Source: Thermoplasmata archaeon (GTDB lineage: Archaea > Thermoplasmatota > E2 > JACPAO01 > JAHFTW01). From it: a stretch of DNA of 64,000 bases. The notes below the pieces were generated by a model. It was not told the origin of the DNA, made no database searches, and was given only the letters and a program-made list of their open reading frames with translations. The stretch covers positions 1 through 64,000 of the forward strand of contig JAXDQS010000001.1 in the NCBI GenBank assembly GCA_034667725.1, in the 5' to 3' direction. The translations under genes and the position numbers were made by a program. This document shows positions 1 to 8,944 of this stretch, piece by piece; the first letter of the stretch is position 1; each line of letters opens with the position of its first letter.

Positions 1-235
1 AGGGCCCCTAGTACGAGAGGAACAGGGCCTTGCAGCCACTAGTTTACCAGTTGTCCGACAGGGCACCGCTGGGCAGCCACGCTGTAAGGGATAAACGCTG
101 AAAGCATCTAAGCGTGAAACCCGCGTCAAGACGAGGCGACTTAGGACTCCCGTAGAAGACGGGTTTGATCGGAGGGGGGTGTACGCACCGAGGCAACGAG
201 GTGTTCAGCCCGCCCTTACGAAACGTCCATTCTGA
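1..235 (+). rRNA. rrl: 23S rRNA, 3' end (partial; 3' boundary approximate)
   Basis: Sarcin-ricin loop AGTACGAGAGGAAC at 10-23 (archaeal/eukaryal GGAAC form); conserved GATAAACGCTGAAAGCATCTAAGCGTGAAAC; CCGTAGAAGACGGGTTTGAT. Confidence 0.97.
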
Positions 236-372
236 CACAACTGAATGTCGATCCGGCTTCACCGCCGGCACTTCTGTGACTTCGACTTTCTGCTTCCAAA
301 AGGCTGCGTATGCATCGTGCATACTGTCGAGGAACCTCCCTGGAGGTTCCGAGACGGTGTGCCTTCACACTT

Positions 373-498
<126 letters not shown>

Positions 499-596
499 TC
501 CTCTCATTGCCGGGCTGCGTCTGCGTCTGGCTTCTTCCACGACGGATGGGGCTTCGGCCCCTCGTCCATTCGCTCCCCTCCAGATTGGAGCCTTCC

Positions 597-3500
597 ATGG
601 CGGTTTCCCGCTACTGCCCCCACGGCAACCTTCGCGCGTCCTGCAGCCTGTGCCGCGTGGACGCTGTCGCCGAGGCGCAGGCGCGGGCCGCCGCCAACCG
701 GGCCCGCGGCGAGTCCGGCCAGATGTCGCCGGTCGTCGGCGCCGAGCTGCCGTATCCTTGGCAGCGCTCGGCCTTCGAGGCGTGGCAGGCCGGCGGCCGC
801 GCCGGGCTGGTGGCGCTTTCCCTCGGGTTGCCGACGGGGGACCTGCCGTTCGCCATCATTGGCGAGGTCGTGAACGCCAACGCGTCGGCCAACGTCCTGG
901 TGGCGTGCGCCCGCGGCGAGGGCGACGACCTGCGCCAGATCCTGGCCGAGCGGTTCGGCCAGAAGCCGGGCACGCTCTTGGAGCACCACTTCCTCGAGCC
1001 GCGCAACGACGGCACCCTGGTCGTGGCCGACCTGCAGGAGCTCGAGACCATCGACCTGGCGTCCTGGGGCCGGTTCGCCTCCAACGGGCTTTTGGTCCTG
1101 TTGGACGCCGACGGCATCACCCAGGCCTTGGGCGAGCAGCTGCTGAACACGCCGTTCCGGCACCGCTTCAGCCTGAGCCGCCAGCCGTCCGCCATCGACC
1201 TGCTGTCGACGCGCCCCTGGAGCCGCGCCTTCGGCCCCGTGCTGTTCCGCTCCACCGAGGAGGAGGCCCGCGACCTGGGCGTGCTGCCTCGCATCCAGTA
1301 CCGGCTGCACGTCGAGATGCTCAAGCCCGAGGTCCAGCGCGGCTTCGCGTTCGGCCCCGAGGGCCCGTGGGAGCCGACCGACATCCCGACCCGCCTGCCC
1401 GCCGTCGAGGCCGGCCCGTTCTTCCGCAGCCGCGCCCGCGACGTCGCGACCCGCCGCACGCAGGAGCAACCGGGACTCGTCGTCATCCACGAGGGCGTCC
1501 CGTTCCCCGGCGCCGCCGCCACGCTGCGCCTCCCTGACCTTCCCGACCGCCACGCCGAGGCCCCCTCCGGCTGGCTCCTGGCCCAGCCCAACGCCGACGC
1601 CAAGGCCATCCTGCGCCTGGCCACGGTCGCGTTCAAGACGACCCAGAAGCCGGGCGCCGTCGAGGACGCCGTCGTCCTTCCCGTCCCCGCCGACCTGTGC
1701 CGCGTTCCCCCGTGGAACGACAAGTGGCGCCTGGCCGCCACCCAGATCGACCGCGTCGTCGCCGGCCTCCTGTTGGCCGAGGACCCCGGGAAGGCGATGA
1801 TGCCCGAGGACCTTGAGGCCCTCGTCGGCGTCGCCCTCGCCTTGCGCGGCCTGCCCGCGGACGAGCTCTACCGCCTCACGCCCGTCGTCGCCCAGGCTGC
1901 CCATGCCGCCCACGCCGACGAGCCCATCCCGCCCGAGAAGGTCCGCCAGGCCGCCCGCGCCGTCGGCGGCCTCGCGGCCTCGCTTCTGGTCGCGGCCGAG
2001 TCCGGCCCCCTCCATCTCCTCCGGCTCGCGCACCCCCGCTTCACGCCGGTGGCGCCCGACCTGCCGCACCCGTCGCTCTACGACGCCCGCCGCCACGCCT
2101 GGCGCGGGCGGGCGTTCGCCGCCCTCGCCGCCGCCGCGCGCGGCGCCGACCTGGTGACGGCGTGGGGCCGCTTCCCCGAGCTGCGCTTCGTGTTCCCCAG
2201 CAGCGCCCTGCTGGAGGCGGCGACCGCCTACTGCGCCAAGCACAAGCTGCGCGGCCCGCTCGACGACGCCAAGCTCACCCGCATCCCCGACAAGACCCGC
2301 ATCGCGGCCGGCGACCGCGGCGCCGCCGCCGGCGTCCTTGCCGAGTGGAACCAGGCGCTGGGCCTGGCCGAGGAGCACGAGCGCGAGTTCCTGGCGGACA
2401 TGCACGCCCGCCAGCCCGAGCGCGAGCGCCGCCGCGAAGGCGTCGCCCTGCCCAACCTGTTCGTGGCCGAGCGCGGCGCCGACTCGCTCACCCTGGAGGC
2501 CAAGGAGGGCCGGCTGCCGCTCACCAACATCGCGCCCGGCTCCGAGGTCGCCATCGTCGAGCACGGCGAGCGCTCCGAGCTGTGCCGCGGCCTGGTGTCG
2601 CGCATCACCAGCCGCCGGGTCGCCATCGAGTTCCCCGGCGGCGCGCCCCGCCACAACCTGCCCCGCGCCCTCACCGTCAACCTGGTGTTCGACGCCAAGG
2701 TGTTCGAGGCCTACCACGCCGCCGCCGCGGGCGCCGTGCGCGCGCTGTCCGCCACGACGCCGGTCGACGACGGCCCTGACGGCCTGCTGCGCGCCGCCCT
2801 CCTGGGAGAAACCGACCCGCCCGGCGAGATCCGCCAAGGGCTGTCGGGCGACGAGCCGCTCACCACGAGCCAGCGCGACGCCATCAACGGCGTCCTGTCC
2901 GGCGGCCGCGTCCGCCTGGTGCATGGCCCGCCCGGCACCGGCAAGACCCACACCCTCGTCCACCTCGCGATGGCGCTGGCGCGCGCCGGCCACTCCGTCC
3001 TGGTCACGGCCGACTCCAACGCCGCCGTCGACAACCTGGTGGTCGGGCTGCGCCGCAACGGCGGCCTGGTGGTGCGCGTCGGCCACGCCCCCAACATCCG
3101 CGACGAGGCTGCGTTGCCCGCCCGCATCGACCCGCTCGACGCCCCGCTGTTCGTGCGCTGGGCCGCCGAGCAGGGCATCGTGGTCGCGACCACCAACTAC
3201 GGCGCCTTCCGCTACATCGACCCCAAGGGCGGCATGACGCCGTTCATCTTCGACTACGTCATCCACGACGAGGCCGGGCAGGCGACCGCGCCGTCCTCGC
3301 TGTGCGCCGTGCTGCGCGGCCGCCGCCTGGTCCTGGCCGGCGACCCCAAGCAGCTGCCGCCCACCGTGGTGTCGATCGACGCCAAGGAAGCCGGCCTCGA
3401 CGTCACGCTGTTCGAGCGCATCGAGCAGCTCACCGGCCGCGACCGCACCCGCCTGCTGGACACCCAGTTCCGCATGCGCGAGCCCATCGTCGCGTTCAGC

Positions 3501-4622
3501 AACAAGCGCTACTACGAGTCCAGGCTGCAGACCGACCCCGGCGCCGCCGCCCAGGACGGCCTCCCCGACGTCCCCGCCGCCGCGTTCCAGCACGTCACCG
3601 GCCGCGAGAACGAGCGCGCCCGCAACGGCTCCATCTCCAACGACTTCGAGGTCGAGGCCATCGCCGTCCTGGTGGACAAGTTCCGCCCCGAGTGCCGCGA
3701 CCGCTCCTGGACCATCGCCGTCCTCACGCCCTACCAGGCGCAGCGCGAGGCCATCCGGCGCCGCCTCCCCGACATCGAGGTCAACACCGTCGACGGCGCC
3801 CAGGGCCGCGAATGGGATGTCGTGCTCTACTCGACCGTCCGCAGCAACCCGCAGCACCGCCTCGGCTTCCTCGAGGACGAGCGCCGCCTCAACGTCGCCG
3901 TCACCCGCGCCAAGCGCAACTTCGTCCTCGTCGGCGACGAACGCACCCTCAAGGACAACGCGGCGTTCTCCGACCTGCTCGACAGCCTGGAGAAGGTCCG
4001 GTTCCACTACCCCGACCCGCGCCCACAGGGCCGCGGCGGCGGGGAGTGGCAGGACCGCTTCGGCCGCCGCGGCCACGACCGCCGCGACCGGCGCGACGGC
4101 CCCCGCGAGGTGCGCGAGCCGCAGGAGACCCGGCCGCGCGCCCCGCCGCCCCAGCAGGCGCCCCGGCCGCAGCCGGTGGCGCCGCCGCCGCGCCCGCCTG
4201 CGCCCGAGCCGCCGCAGCGGATCCCCGACATCTTCCTCGACGGCGGCGGCCGGCGCCGCCGGCGCGGCCGCAAGCGCCCCACGGTGGAGGAGTTCGAGCT
4301 GCGCGAGCTGCCGCTGGTCGACCCGTTCGCCGTGCCGCGCCCGGAGCGCCGCAGCTTCGTGCTCGGCGCCGACGGGATGCCGACGGAGCCCGCCGCCAAG
4401 CCGAAGCGGGCCCGCAAGGCGGCCGAGCCGGCCGTCGCGACGAAGAAACCGCGCAAGGCCGTCGCCCAAACGACGCTCACCGTCGAGAAGCCGGCCAAGA
4501 AGGCCGCCGCGAAGAAGGCGGCGCCAAAGCCCGCGACCTGCCAAGCCACGACCAAGGCCGGGACGCCGTGCAAGCTCAAGCCGGTGGAAGGCACGAGCTA
4601 CTGCGCTCGTCACCAGTCTTGA
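597..4622 (+). CDS. Large multidomain superfamily 1B (UPF1/DNA2/NAM7-like) helicase with N-terminal Cys/His motif, degenerate SF2-like region and C-terminal C3H finger
   Basis: HGPPGTGKT, DEAGQA, LAGDPKQLPP, TLFER, TQFRM, LTPYQAQ, TVDGAQGRE, RLNVAVTRAK; ATG 597 follows GGAG at 587-590. Confidence 0.9.
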   Translation: MAVSRYCPHGNLRASCSLCRVDAVAEAQARAAANRARGESGQMSPVVGAELPYPWQRSAFEAWQAGGRAGLVALSLGLPTGDLPFAIIGEVVNANASANVLVACARGEGDDLRQILAERFGQKPGTLLEHHFLEPRNDGTLVVADLQELETIDLASWGRFASNGLLVLLDADGITQALGEQLLNTPFRHRFSLSRQPSAIDLLSTRPWSRAFGPVLFRSTEEEARDLGVLPRIQYRLHVEMLKPEVQRGFAFGPEGPWEPTDIPTRLPAVEAGPFFRSRARDVATRRTQEQPGLVVIHEGVPFPGAAATLRLPDLPDRHAEAPSGWLLAQPNADAKAILRLATVAFKTTQKPGAVEDAVVLPVPADLCRVPPWNDKWRLAATQIDRVVAGLLLAEDPGKAMMPEDLEALVGVALALRGLPADELYRLTPVVAQAAHAAHADEPIPPEKVRQAARAVGGLAASLLVAAESGPLHLLRLAHPRFTPVAPDLPHPSLYDARRHAWRGRAFAALAAAARGADLVTAWGRFPELRFVFPSSALLEAATAYCAKHKLRGPLDDAKLTRIPDKTRIAAGDRGAAAGVLAEWNQALGLAEEHEREFLADMHARQPERERRREGVALPNLFVAERGADSLTLEAKEGRLPLTNIAPGSEVAIVEHGERSELCRGLVSRITSRRVAIEFPGGAPRHNLPRALTVNLVFDAKVFEAYHAAAAGAVRALSATTPVDDGPDGLLRAALLGETDPPGEIRQGLSGDEPLTTSQRDAINGVLSGGRVRLVHGPPGTGKTHTLVHLAMALARAGHSVLVTADSNAAVDNLVVGLRRNGGLVVRVGHAPNIRDEAALPARIDPLDAPLFVRWAAEQGIVVATTNYGAFRYIDPKGGMTPFIFDYVIHDEAGQATAPSSLCAVLRGRRLVLAGDPKQLPPTVVSIDAKEAGLDVTLFERIEQLTGRDRTRLLDTQFRMREPIVAFSNKRYYESRLQTDPGAAAQDGLPDVPAAAFQHVTGRENERARNGSISNDFEVEAIAVLVDKFRPECRDRSWTIAVLTPYQAQREAIRRRLPDIEVNTVDGAQGREWDVVLYSTVRSNPQHRLGFLEDERRLNVAVTRAKRNFVLVGDERTLKDNAAFSDLLDSLEKVRFHYPDPRPQGRGGGEWQDRFGRRGHDRRDRRDGPREVREPQETRPRAPPPQQAPRPQPVAPPPRPPAPEPPQRIPDIFLDGGGRRRRRGRKRPTVEEFELRELPLVDPFAVPRPERRSFVLGADGMPTEPAAKPKRARKAAEPAVATKKPRKAVAQTTLTVEKPAKKAAAKKAAPKPATCQATTKAGTPCKLKPVEGTSYCARHQS

Positions 4623-4695
4623 GGGCGCACCGGGGGTCGCAGCGCGCGTGAGTGCGGCGCGCCGGCGCGAGGAGCGGCCCCCTCGTCGCGGGGGT

Positions 4696-4758
4696 CCAGG
4701 GGGCGGAGCCCCCTGGCCTGAGGAAGGCGGACAAACCGCCCGGAGGCGGTTTGTCCGC
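4696..4758. terminator. Two perfect hairpins between convergent genes (bidirectional terminator or REP-like element)
   Basis: CCAGGGGGC-GGA-GCCCCCTGG (4696-4716) and GCGGACAAACCGCC-CGGA-GGCGGTTTGTCCGC (4727-4758). Confidence 0.55.
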
Positions 4759-5358
4759 TCACCAGGGCACTTTCTTCAACCCCAGCCAGAACCCGATCCG
4801 GTTCACCAACAAATGCAGCGCCGGCGTCAGGACCAGGATGGTCGTCAGCACCAGCCAGTCGTCCAGGAGCGCGTGCCAGACCCAGCCTTCGGCCAAGAGG
4901 GGCGACCCAAGGACGAACGCCACCAGGGCGAACACCACGAAGTCGAGCTGGTCGAACGGGAACCAGGGGCCGCCGGACGCGATGCGCCGCCGCCGCTTGA
5001 AGTAGGACTTGACGGCGTCGCCGACCAGGGCCATCGCGCCCACGATGCCGCCAAAGAGGGCGATGCTCCACCACGGCGTCCCGAGGCTTGCGCCGTAGTC
5101 CCAGCCGTGCATGAAGGCCCAGTGCTGGGCGATCGCCGCTACGGCGACGGCCGTGAGGGCGCCGAATAGGGCGCCGCCGGCCAGCCCGCGCCAGGTCTTG
5201 CCGGCGCCGAGGACGCGGTGGCCGTCGGCGTGGACCCGGCCGCCGTCGATGGGCGCCGTCCATTGGGGGACGAGCTTGGCGACGAACACGGGCGCCATGT
5301 TGGCGAGGTAGGCGGGCAGGAACAGCCACAAGGCGTGGAGGATGCCTGCCCCTTCCAT
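4759..5358 (-). CDS. carS: CDP-archaeol synthase (CDP-2,3-bis-O-geranylgeranyl-sn-glycerol synthase)
   Basis: PAYLANMAPVF, PIDGG...LGAGKTWRG, GDAVKSYFKRR, FDQLDF, C-terminal LGLKKVPW. Confidence 0.93.
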   Translation of the reverse strand: MEGAGILHALWLFLPAYLANMAPVFVAKLVPQWTAPIDGGRVHADGHRVLGAGKTWRGLAGGALFGALTAVAVAAIAQHWAFMHGWDYGASLGTPWWSIALFGGIVGAMALVGDAVKSYFKRRRRIASGGPWFPFDQLDFVVFALVAFVLGSPLLAEGWVWHALLDDWLVLTTILVLTPALHLLVNRIGFWLGLKKVPW

Positions 5359-5393
5359 GGGCGGGTCCGACCTTGGCTGCGACGTAAGTCTTG

Positions 5394-5951
5394 CTACAGC
5401 CGCACGACGCCGTCGCACAGGGGCCGGACGGCGTCCAGCAGGGAGTCGCCGGCTTGCTTCTCCACCAGGACCAAGGCGGCGGGGATCTGCTGCATCCGGA
5501 GGCGGTTGACGAGGTTGTGCGTCAGCTCGGCCACGGCGGCGACACCGTTGTAGACCGTGAGCGTCGAGAGCGAGTCCACCACCAGGAAGCGTTCGCCCTG
5601 CGGCTGGCGGCGCAGCAGTTGTTCGGTGCGCATGGCGGTCTTCTCCAGCATGGTCGGGCTCTCGATGTAGAGCACGCCGGGCTCGGGCGGCGGCATGATG
5701 CCGGTCAGGCCGGAGACGCAGTCGACGTACTGGAGCGCGTCGCGGGGCACGCCGTCCTCGGCGAAGGCGTCGCGCAGGAAGTGGTGCGGCCGGTTGGCCG
5801 TCAGGTAGACGCCTTTGGGGAAGCGCTGCGTCAGCAGGCGCACGATGCGGTGGACCGCCTGCCGGTAGTCGGTGCTCGAGGTCACGACCAGCAGGATGCC
5901 GTCGTCGGGCCACTCCTGCAGCACCGGGCGCTGGGCCTGCATCGTGGTCAA
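5394..5951 (-). CDS. Degenerate KaiC/RAD55 (RecA-fold) pseudo-ATPase, DUF835/DUF7504-like
   Basis: VYLTANRP, YVDCVS, Walker-B-like LVVDSLSTL, CDGVVRL; no Walker A. Alternative ATG at 5942. Confidence 0.75.
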   Translation of the reverse strand: MTTMQAQRPVLQEWPDDGILLVVTSSTDYRQAVHRIVRLLTQRFPKGVYLTANRPHHFLRDAFAEDGVPRDALQYVDCVSGLTGIMPPPEPGVLYIESPTMLEKTAMRTEQLLRRQPQGERFLVVDSLSTLTVYNGVAAVAELTHNLVNRLRMQQIPAALVLVEKQAGDSLLDAVRPLCDGVVRL

Positions 5952-7006
5952 GCTCGCACCCCCGGGACCACGGGGACGATGCGGAAGCGGCAGTCAGCGT
6001 CCCCCACGGTCAGGCATGAGGCGCGCTCGACCCCCATAAGTCCTTGCGTGGCCACAGCCCCACGCAGCACGCCATGGCACAGCCGGCAGGCGTTGAGGCG
6101 GCGTTCGCGCACCGCGGCCTCGTCGCCATGCTTCGCGATGGCGCGGATCGGGCCGGCGAACGGGCACGCCGTCACGCGCAGCACTGGCAACGGGGACGCC
6201 TCGACCGTGCGGCCGCCCGCCTCCAGGATGGAGCGGGCCAGCTTGTACGGGCTGTCGGCGGGGAACATGGGGGCGAGCTTGACGCCCACCTTGCTGGCGC
6301 AGTCGTCGAGCAGCCTGTGCGCGGCCTCGGGCGGCATCACCTCGGTGAGGTAGTCGACGAACGCCACCAGGATCGCCATGTAGAAGTGGAGCGAGTCGGC
6401 CTCGCGCTGCTCGGGCGTCGGGGTCGCGAGCACTTGGCCGCCAGGGTCGGTGGCTTGGTCGCGCGGGGCGTCGCTGGTGACCAGGAAGTCGCACGAGCGG
6501 TCGCCGAACAGGATGCGGGAGCGCAGCTGGACTTGGTAGCCGGGCTGGCCGGGCTGCAGCAGGCCGTTGACCGAGCCTTGGTAGACGGCGCGGTGGAGCT
6601 GGCAGATCATGGCCCGCCCGAACGGGGTCTTGTGCTGGAACGCGGCCGCGAACTCGCAGGCGTGCAGCCGCTTGGTGGCCTGCTCCGGGCCGGCCTCGGC
6701 CATGGTGAACGGCGTGCTGGTGAGGGCGGAGACGAAGTTGAGCGGGGCCAAGGCGGACACGGCGCCGCGGGTGGCGTCGGTCTCGACGTAGTGGCGGCGG
6801 ATGTGGCGGGCGTTCTTGGCACCGAACCGCTCCAGGTAGGCGGGCATGGTGCCGAGCATGACGCCTTCGCCCAGCGCCTCGAAGCTGGCGTCCATGACGG
6901 TCGCGATCAGCTCCAGCACCGTGCGGGCGATGGCGGGCGGGGTGCCGGCGACGGTTGCCGCGGCCGAAGCTGCCGGAGTGGCTTCGGTCCCCTGTTGCCC
7001 CTCCAT
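5948..7006 (-). CDS. Tandem V4R/MetOD1-like Cys-rich domain protein
   Basis: Two copies of C(E/P)F...C..(H/C)...GDxxCxF: ACEF..ICQLH..GDRSCDF and ACPF..ACRLC..GDADCRF. Confidence 0.7.
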   Translation of the reverse strand: MEGQQGTEATPAASAAATVAGTPPAIARTVLELIATVMDASFEALGEGVMLGTMPAYLERFGAKNARHIRRHYVETDATRGAVSALAPLNFVSALTSTPFTMAEAGPEQATKRLHACEFAAAFQHKTPFGRAMICQLHRAVYQGSVNGLLQPGQPGYQVQLRSRILFGDRSCDFLVTSDAPRDQATDPGGQVLATPTPEQREADSLHFYMAILVAFVDYLTEVMPPEAAHRLLDDCASKVGVKLAPMFPADSPYKLARSILEAGGRTVEASPLPVLRVTACPFAGPIRAIAKHGDEAAVRERRLNACRLCHGVLRGAVATQGLMGVERASCLTVGDADCRFRIVPVVPGVRA

Positions 7007-7026
7007 ATGGCCGCCACTCCCACCCG

Positions 7027-7056
7027 CTATAAAAGGGACCTGCGACTTTTATATAT
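7027..7056. promoter_or_regulatory. Back-to-back TATA boxes (divergent promoter)
   Basis: TATAAAA at 7028-7034 (reads TTTTATAG on the minus strand, about 22-28 nt before ATG 7006) and TTTTATATAT at 7047-7056 upstream of GTG 7095; AT-rich island in GC-rich DNA. Confidence 0.75.
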
Positions 7057-7094
7057 CTAAGTCTCAGGCTCGACGCGCGTCGGCAGGTCTTGGA

Positions 7095-7622
7095 GTGAAG
7101 CGGATTCGGGTGTTGGTCCCTCCCCACGAGGGGCACGTCGAGGCGGTGGCCGCCCACGTGCGCCAGCTCCAGTCCGACGGGCATGCCGTGCTCTACCTCG
7201 CCGCCGACCGGCCCTATCCCACGCTCGAGAAGGCGTTCCAGCGCGCCAACGTGGACTCCTCCCAGGTGTTCTTCCTCGACGTCGTGAGCTGCCTCGACGG
7301 CCGCGTGCCCGCCAACCCGCCGCGCAACGCCCTGTTCCTGCAATCCCCGACGATGCTGGAGATGATGGCCATGCGCATCGAGCAGGTCGCCGGCCGCCTC
7401 GGCGCCAAGGCCTGCGTCGTCATCGACTCCCTCAACACGCTGGCGCTCTACAACGGCATCCCGCCGGTGCAGGAGTTCAGCCACTACCTCGCCAACCGCC
7501 TCCGCACGCAAGGCATCCCCGGGGACTTCGTGATCCGCGACACCCAGGAAGGCCGCCTGCTGCACGAGCGCGTGTCCGGCTTCACCGACGAACGCATCGA
7601 GATCGAACGAGGCCTTGCATGA
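7095..7622 (+). CDS. Degenerate KaiC/RAD55 pseudo-ATPase, paralogue of 5394-5951
   Basis: LYLAADRP, FLDVVS, SPTMLE, VVIDSLNTLALYNG, LANRLR; no Walker A. Confidence 0.75.
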   Translation: MKRIRVLVPPHEGHVEAVAAHVRQLQSDGHAVLYLAADRPYPTLEKAFQRANVDSSQVFFLDVVSCLDGRVPANPPRNALFLQSPTMLEMMAMRIEQVAGRLGAKACVVIDSLNTLALYNGIPPVQEFSHYLANRLRTQGIPGDFVIRDTQEGRLLHERVSGFTDERIEIERGLA

Positions 7623-8941
7623 ACCGAACGACCCTCCTCGCGACCGTGGCCCTGCTGCTTGTGCCCGTGCCCGGCGCCGCCCAAGAGCCCGAAGTCCGCT
7701 TCGTGGTCCTCGACCAGTTCGCCGACATCCAGGTCGCCGGCCTCGGCCTCCAGGCTTGCACCGGCGCCTCGCTGGAGCGCGACCTGGAGCGCCAGGCCGT
7801 CCATTTCCGCGAGGAGGACCCCGCGCCGCAGCAGGTCCCCGTGTTCACCCCAGGCTACGCCACGCGCGGCTGCGGCAACGTCACGCTGGAGATGCCCATC
7901 CCCGCCGGCACCGACCACCTGCACGTCCGCTTCCTGCAAGACCGCGTCATCAGCCTGTTCAGCGTCTTCCAGGAGGAGGTCAGCGCCGGCATCGACTTCG
8001 AGCAGACCGTCCAGGTCGCCCTCGACGGCGCCGAGCAGCCGCCCCTCACGCTGTTCCCCACCAACTCCACCGGCGCCCAGTCGACCATCTTCGAGGTCCC
8101 CGCCGTCCGGCCCGAAGGTGCCGGCACGCTGCGCGTCCGTTGGTCGATGGCCGATGCCGGCCAGGTGTTCGCGCCCGGGTTCCCGACCGGCAGTTCCTAC
8201 GCCTCGACCCTCGAGGGCATCATCGTCGAGTTCTCCGGCATCCCGCTTGCGGCCAACACCGCGCTGCGCGACGGCTCGGGCGGCGACCTCCAGGTGGACG
8301 AGCTGCGCGTCGCCGCCACCGTCACGGCCCGCTCCGAGGAGGGCTACCGCAACGACCTGCGCTTCCGCCTCGCCCCCGGCTGGGAGTTCATCCATGTGGA
8401 GGCGCCGGGCGGCGCGGTCCTCGACCAGGCGGGCACCCGGGTCGCCGCCGGCGAGGTCGGCTACGACCGCTTCAAGCCGCTGCGCGAGCAGGGCCAGGAC
8501 TACGTCCAGGTCACGGTCGCGGAGCCCATCCTGACCCGCCACGGCGACGGCCAGTACACGCTCGTGGTGCGGCGCGTGAGCGACCTCGACATCAACGAGG
8601 CGATGCTGCCCGTGGCCGTCGCGCTGCTGCTGTCGCCGCTGCCGTTCGCCCTGGTCGCCTACCTGCGCACCCGCGCCTACGAGCGCGAGGCGTTCGGCAG
8701 CTTCCGCCGCAGCGCCCGCTACCTCCGCCTCGCCCTGGTCGGCGCCCTCGTGTACTACCTCGTCGTGGTCGGCAGCGCGTTCGCCGGCAGCCGCCTGGCC
8801 CTCATGGCCGTCCTGCCGCTCTCGACCGAGGCCATCCTGCTCTACGTCCAGGTGCTGGTCGCCATCGCCGCGTTCATGGCCCTGGCGCTCGTGGCCCGCG
8901 AGCTCTACCGCATCACCCAGCCCAAGCCCGTGGAGCCCTGA
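7619..8941 (+). CDS. Membrane protein: signal peptide, ~300-aa extracellular beta-rich region, three C-terminal TM helices
   Basis: MNRTTLLATVALLLVPVPGAA signal; three hydrophobic C-terminal segments; ATGA overlap with upstream gene. Confidence 0.75.
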   Translation: MNRTTLLATVALLLVPVPGAAQEPEVRFVVLDQFADIQVAGLGLQACTGASLERDLERQAVHFREEDPAPQQVPVFTPGYATRGCGNVTLEMPIPAGTDHLHVRFLQDRVISLFSVFQEEVSAGIDFEQTVQVALDGAEQPPLTLFPTNSTGAQSTIFEVPAVRPEGAGTLRVRWSMADAGQVFAPGFPTGSSYASTLEGIIVEFSGIPLAANTALRDGSGGDLQVDELRVAATVTARSEEGYRNDLRFRLAPGWEFIHVEAPGGAVLDQAGTRVAAGEVGYDRFKPLREQGQDYVQVTVAEPILTRHGDGQYTLVVRRVSDLDINEAMLPVAVALLLSPLPFALVAYLRTRAYEREAFGSFRRSARYLRLALVGALVYYLVVVGSAFAGSRLALMAVLPLSTEAILLYVQVLVAIAAFMALALVARELYRITQPKPVEP

Positions 8942-8944
8942 GCC

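Noticed and set aside
504-4613. 1369-aa minus-strand ORF and many similar long antisense or alternative-frame ORFs (e.g. 7484-9853, 22853-25441, 49616-53959, 57171-59810)
   Set aside because: Shadow ORFs caused by high GC3 codon bias; they overlap genes with clear family motifs and have none of their own
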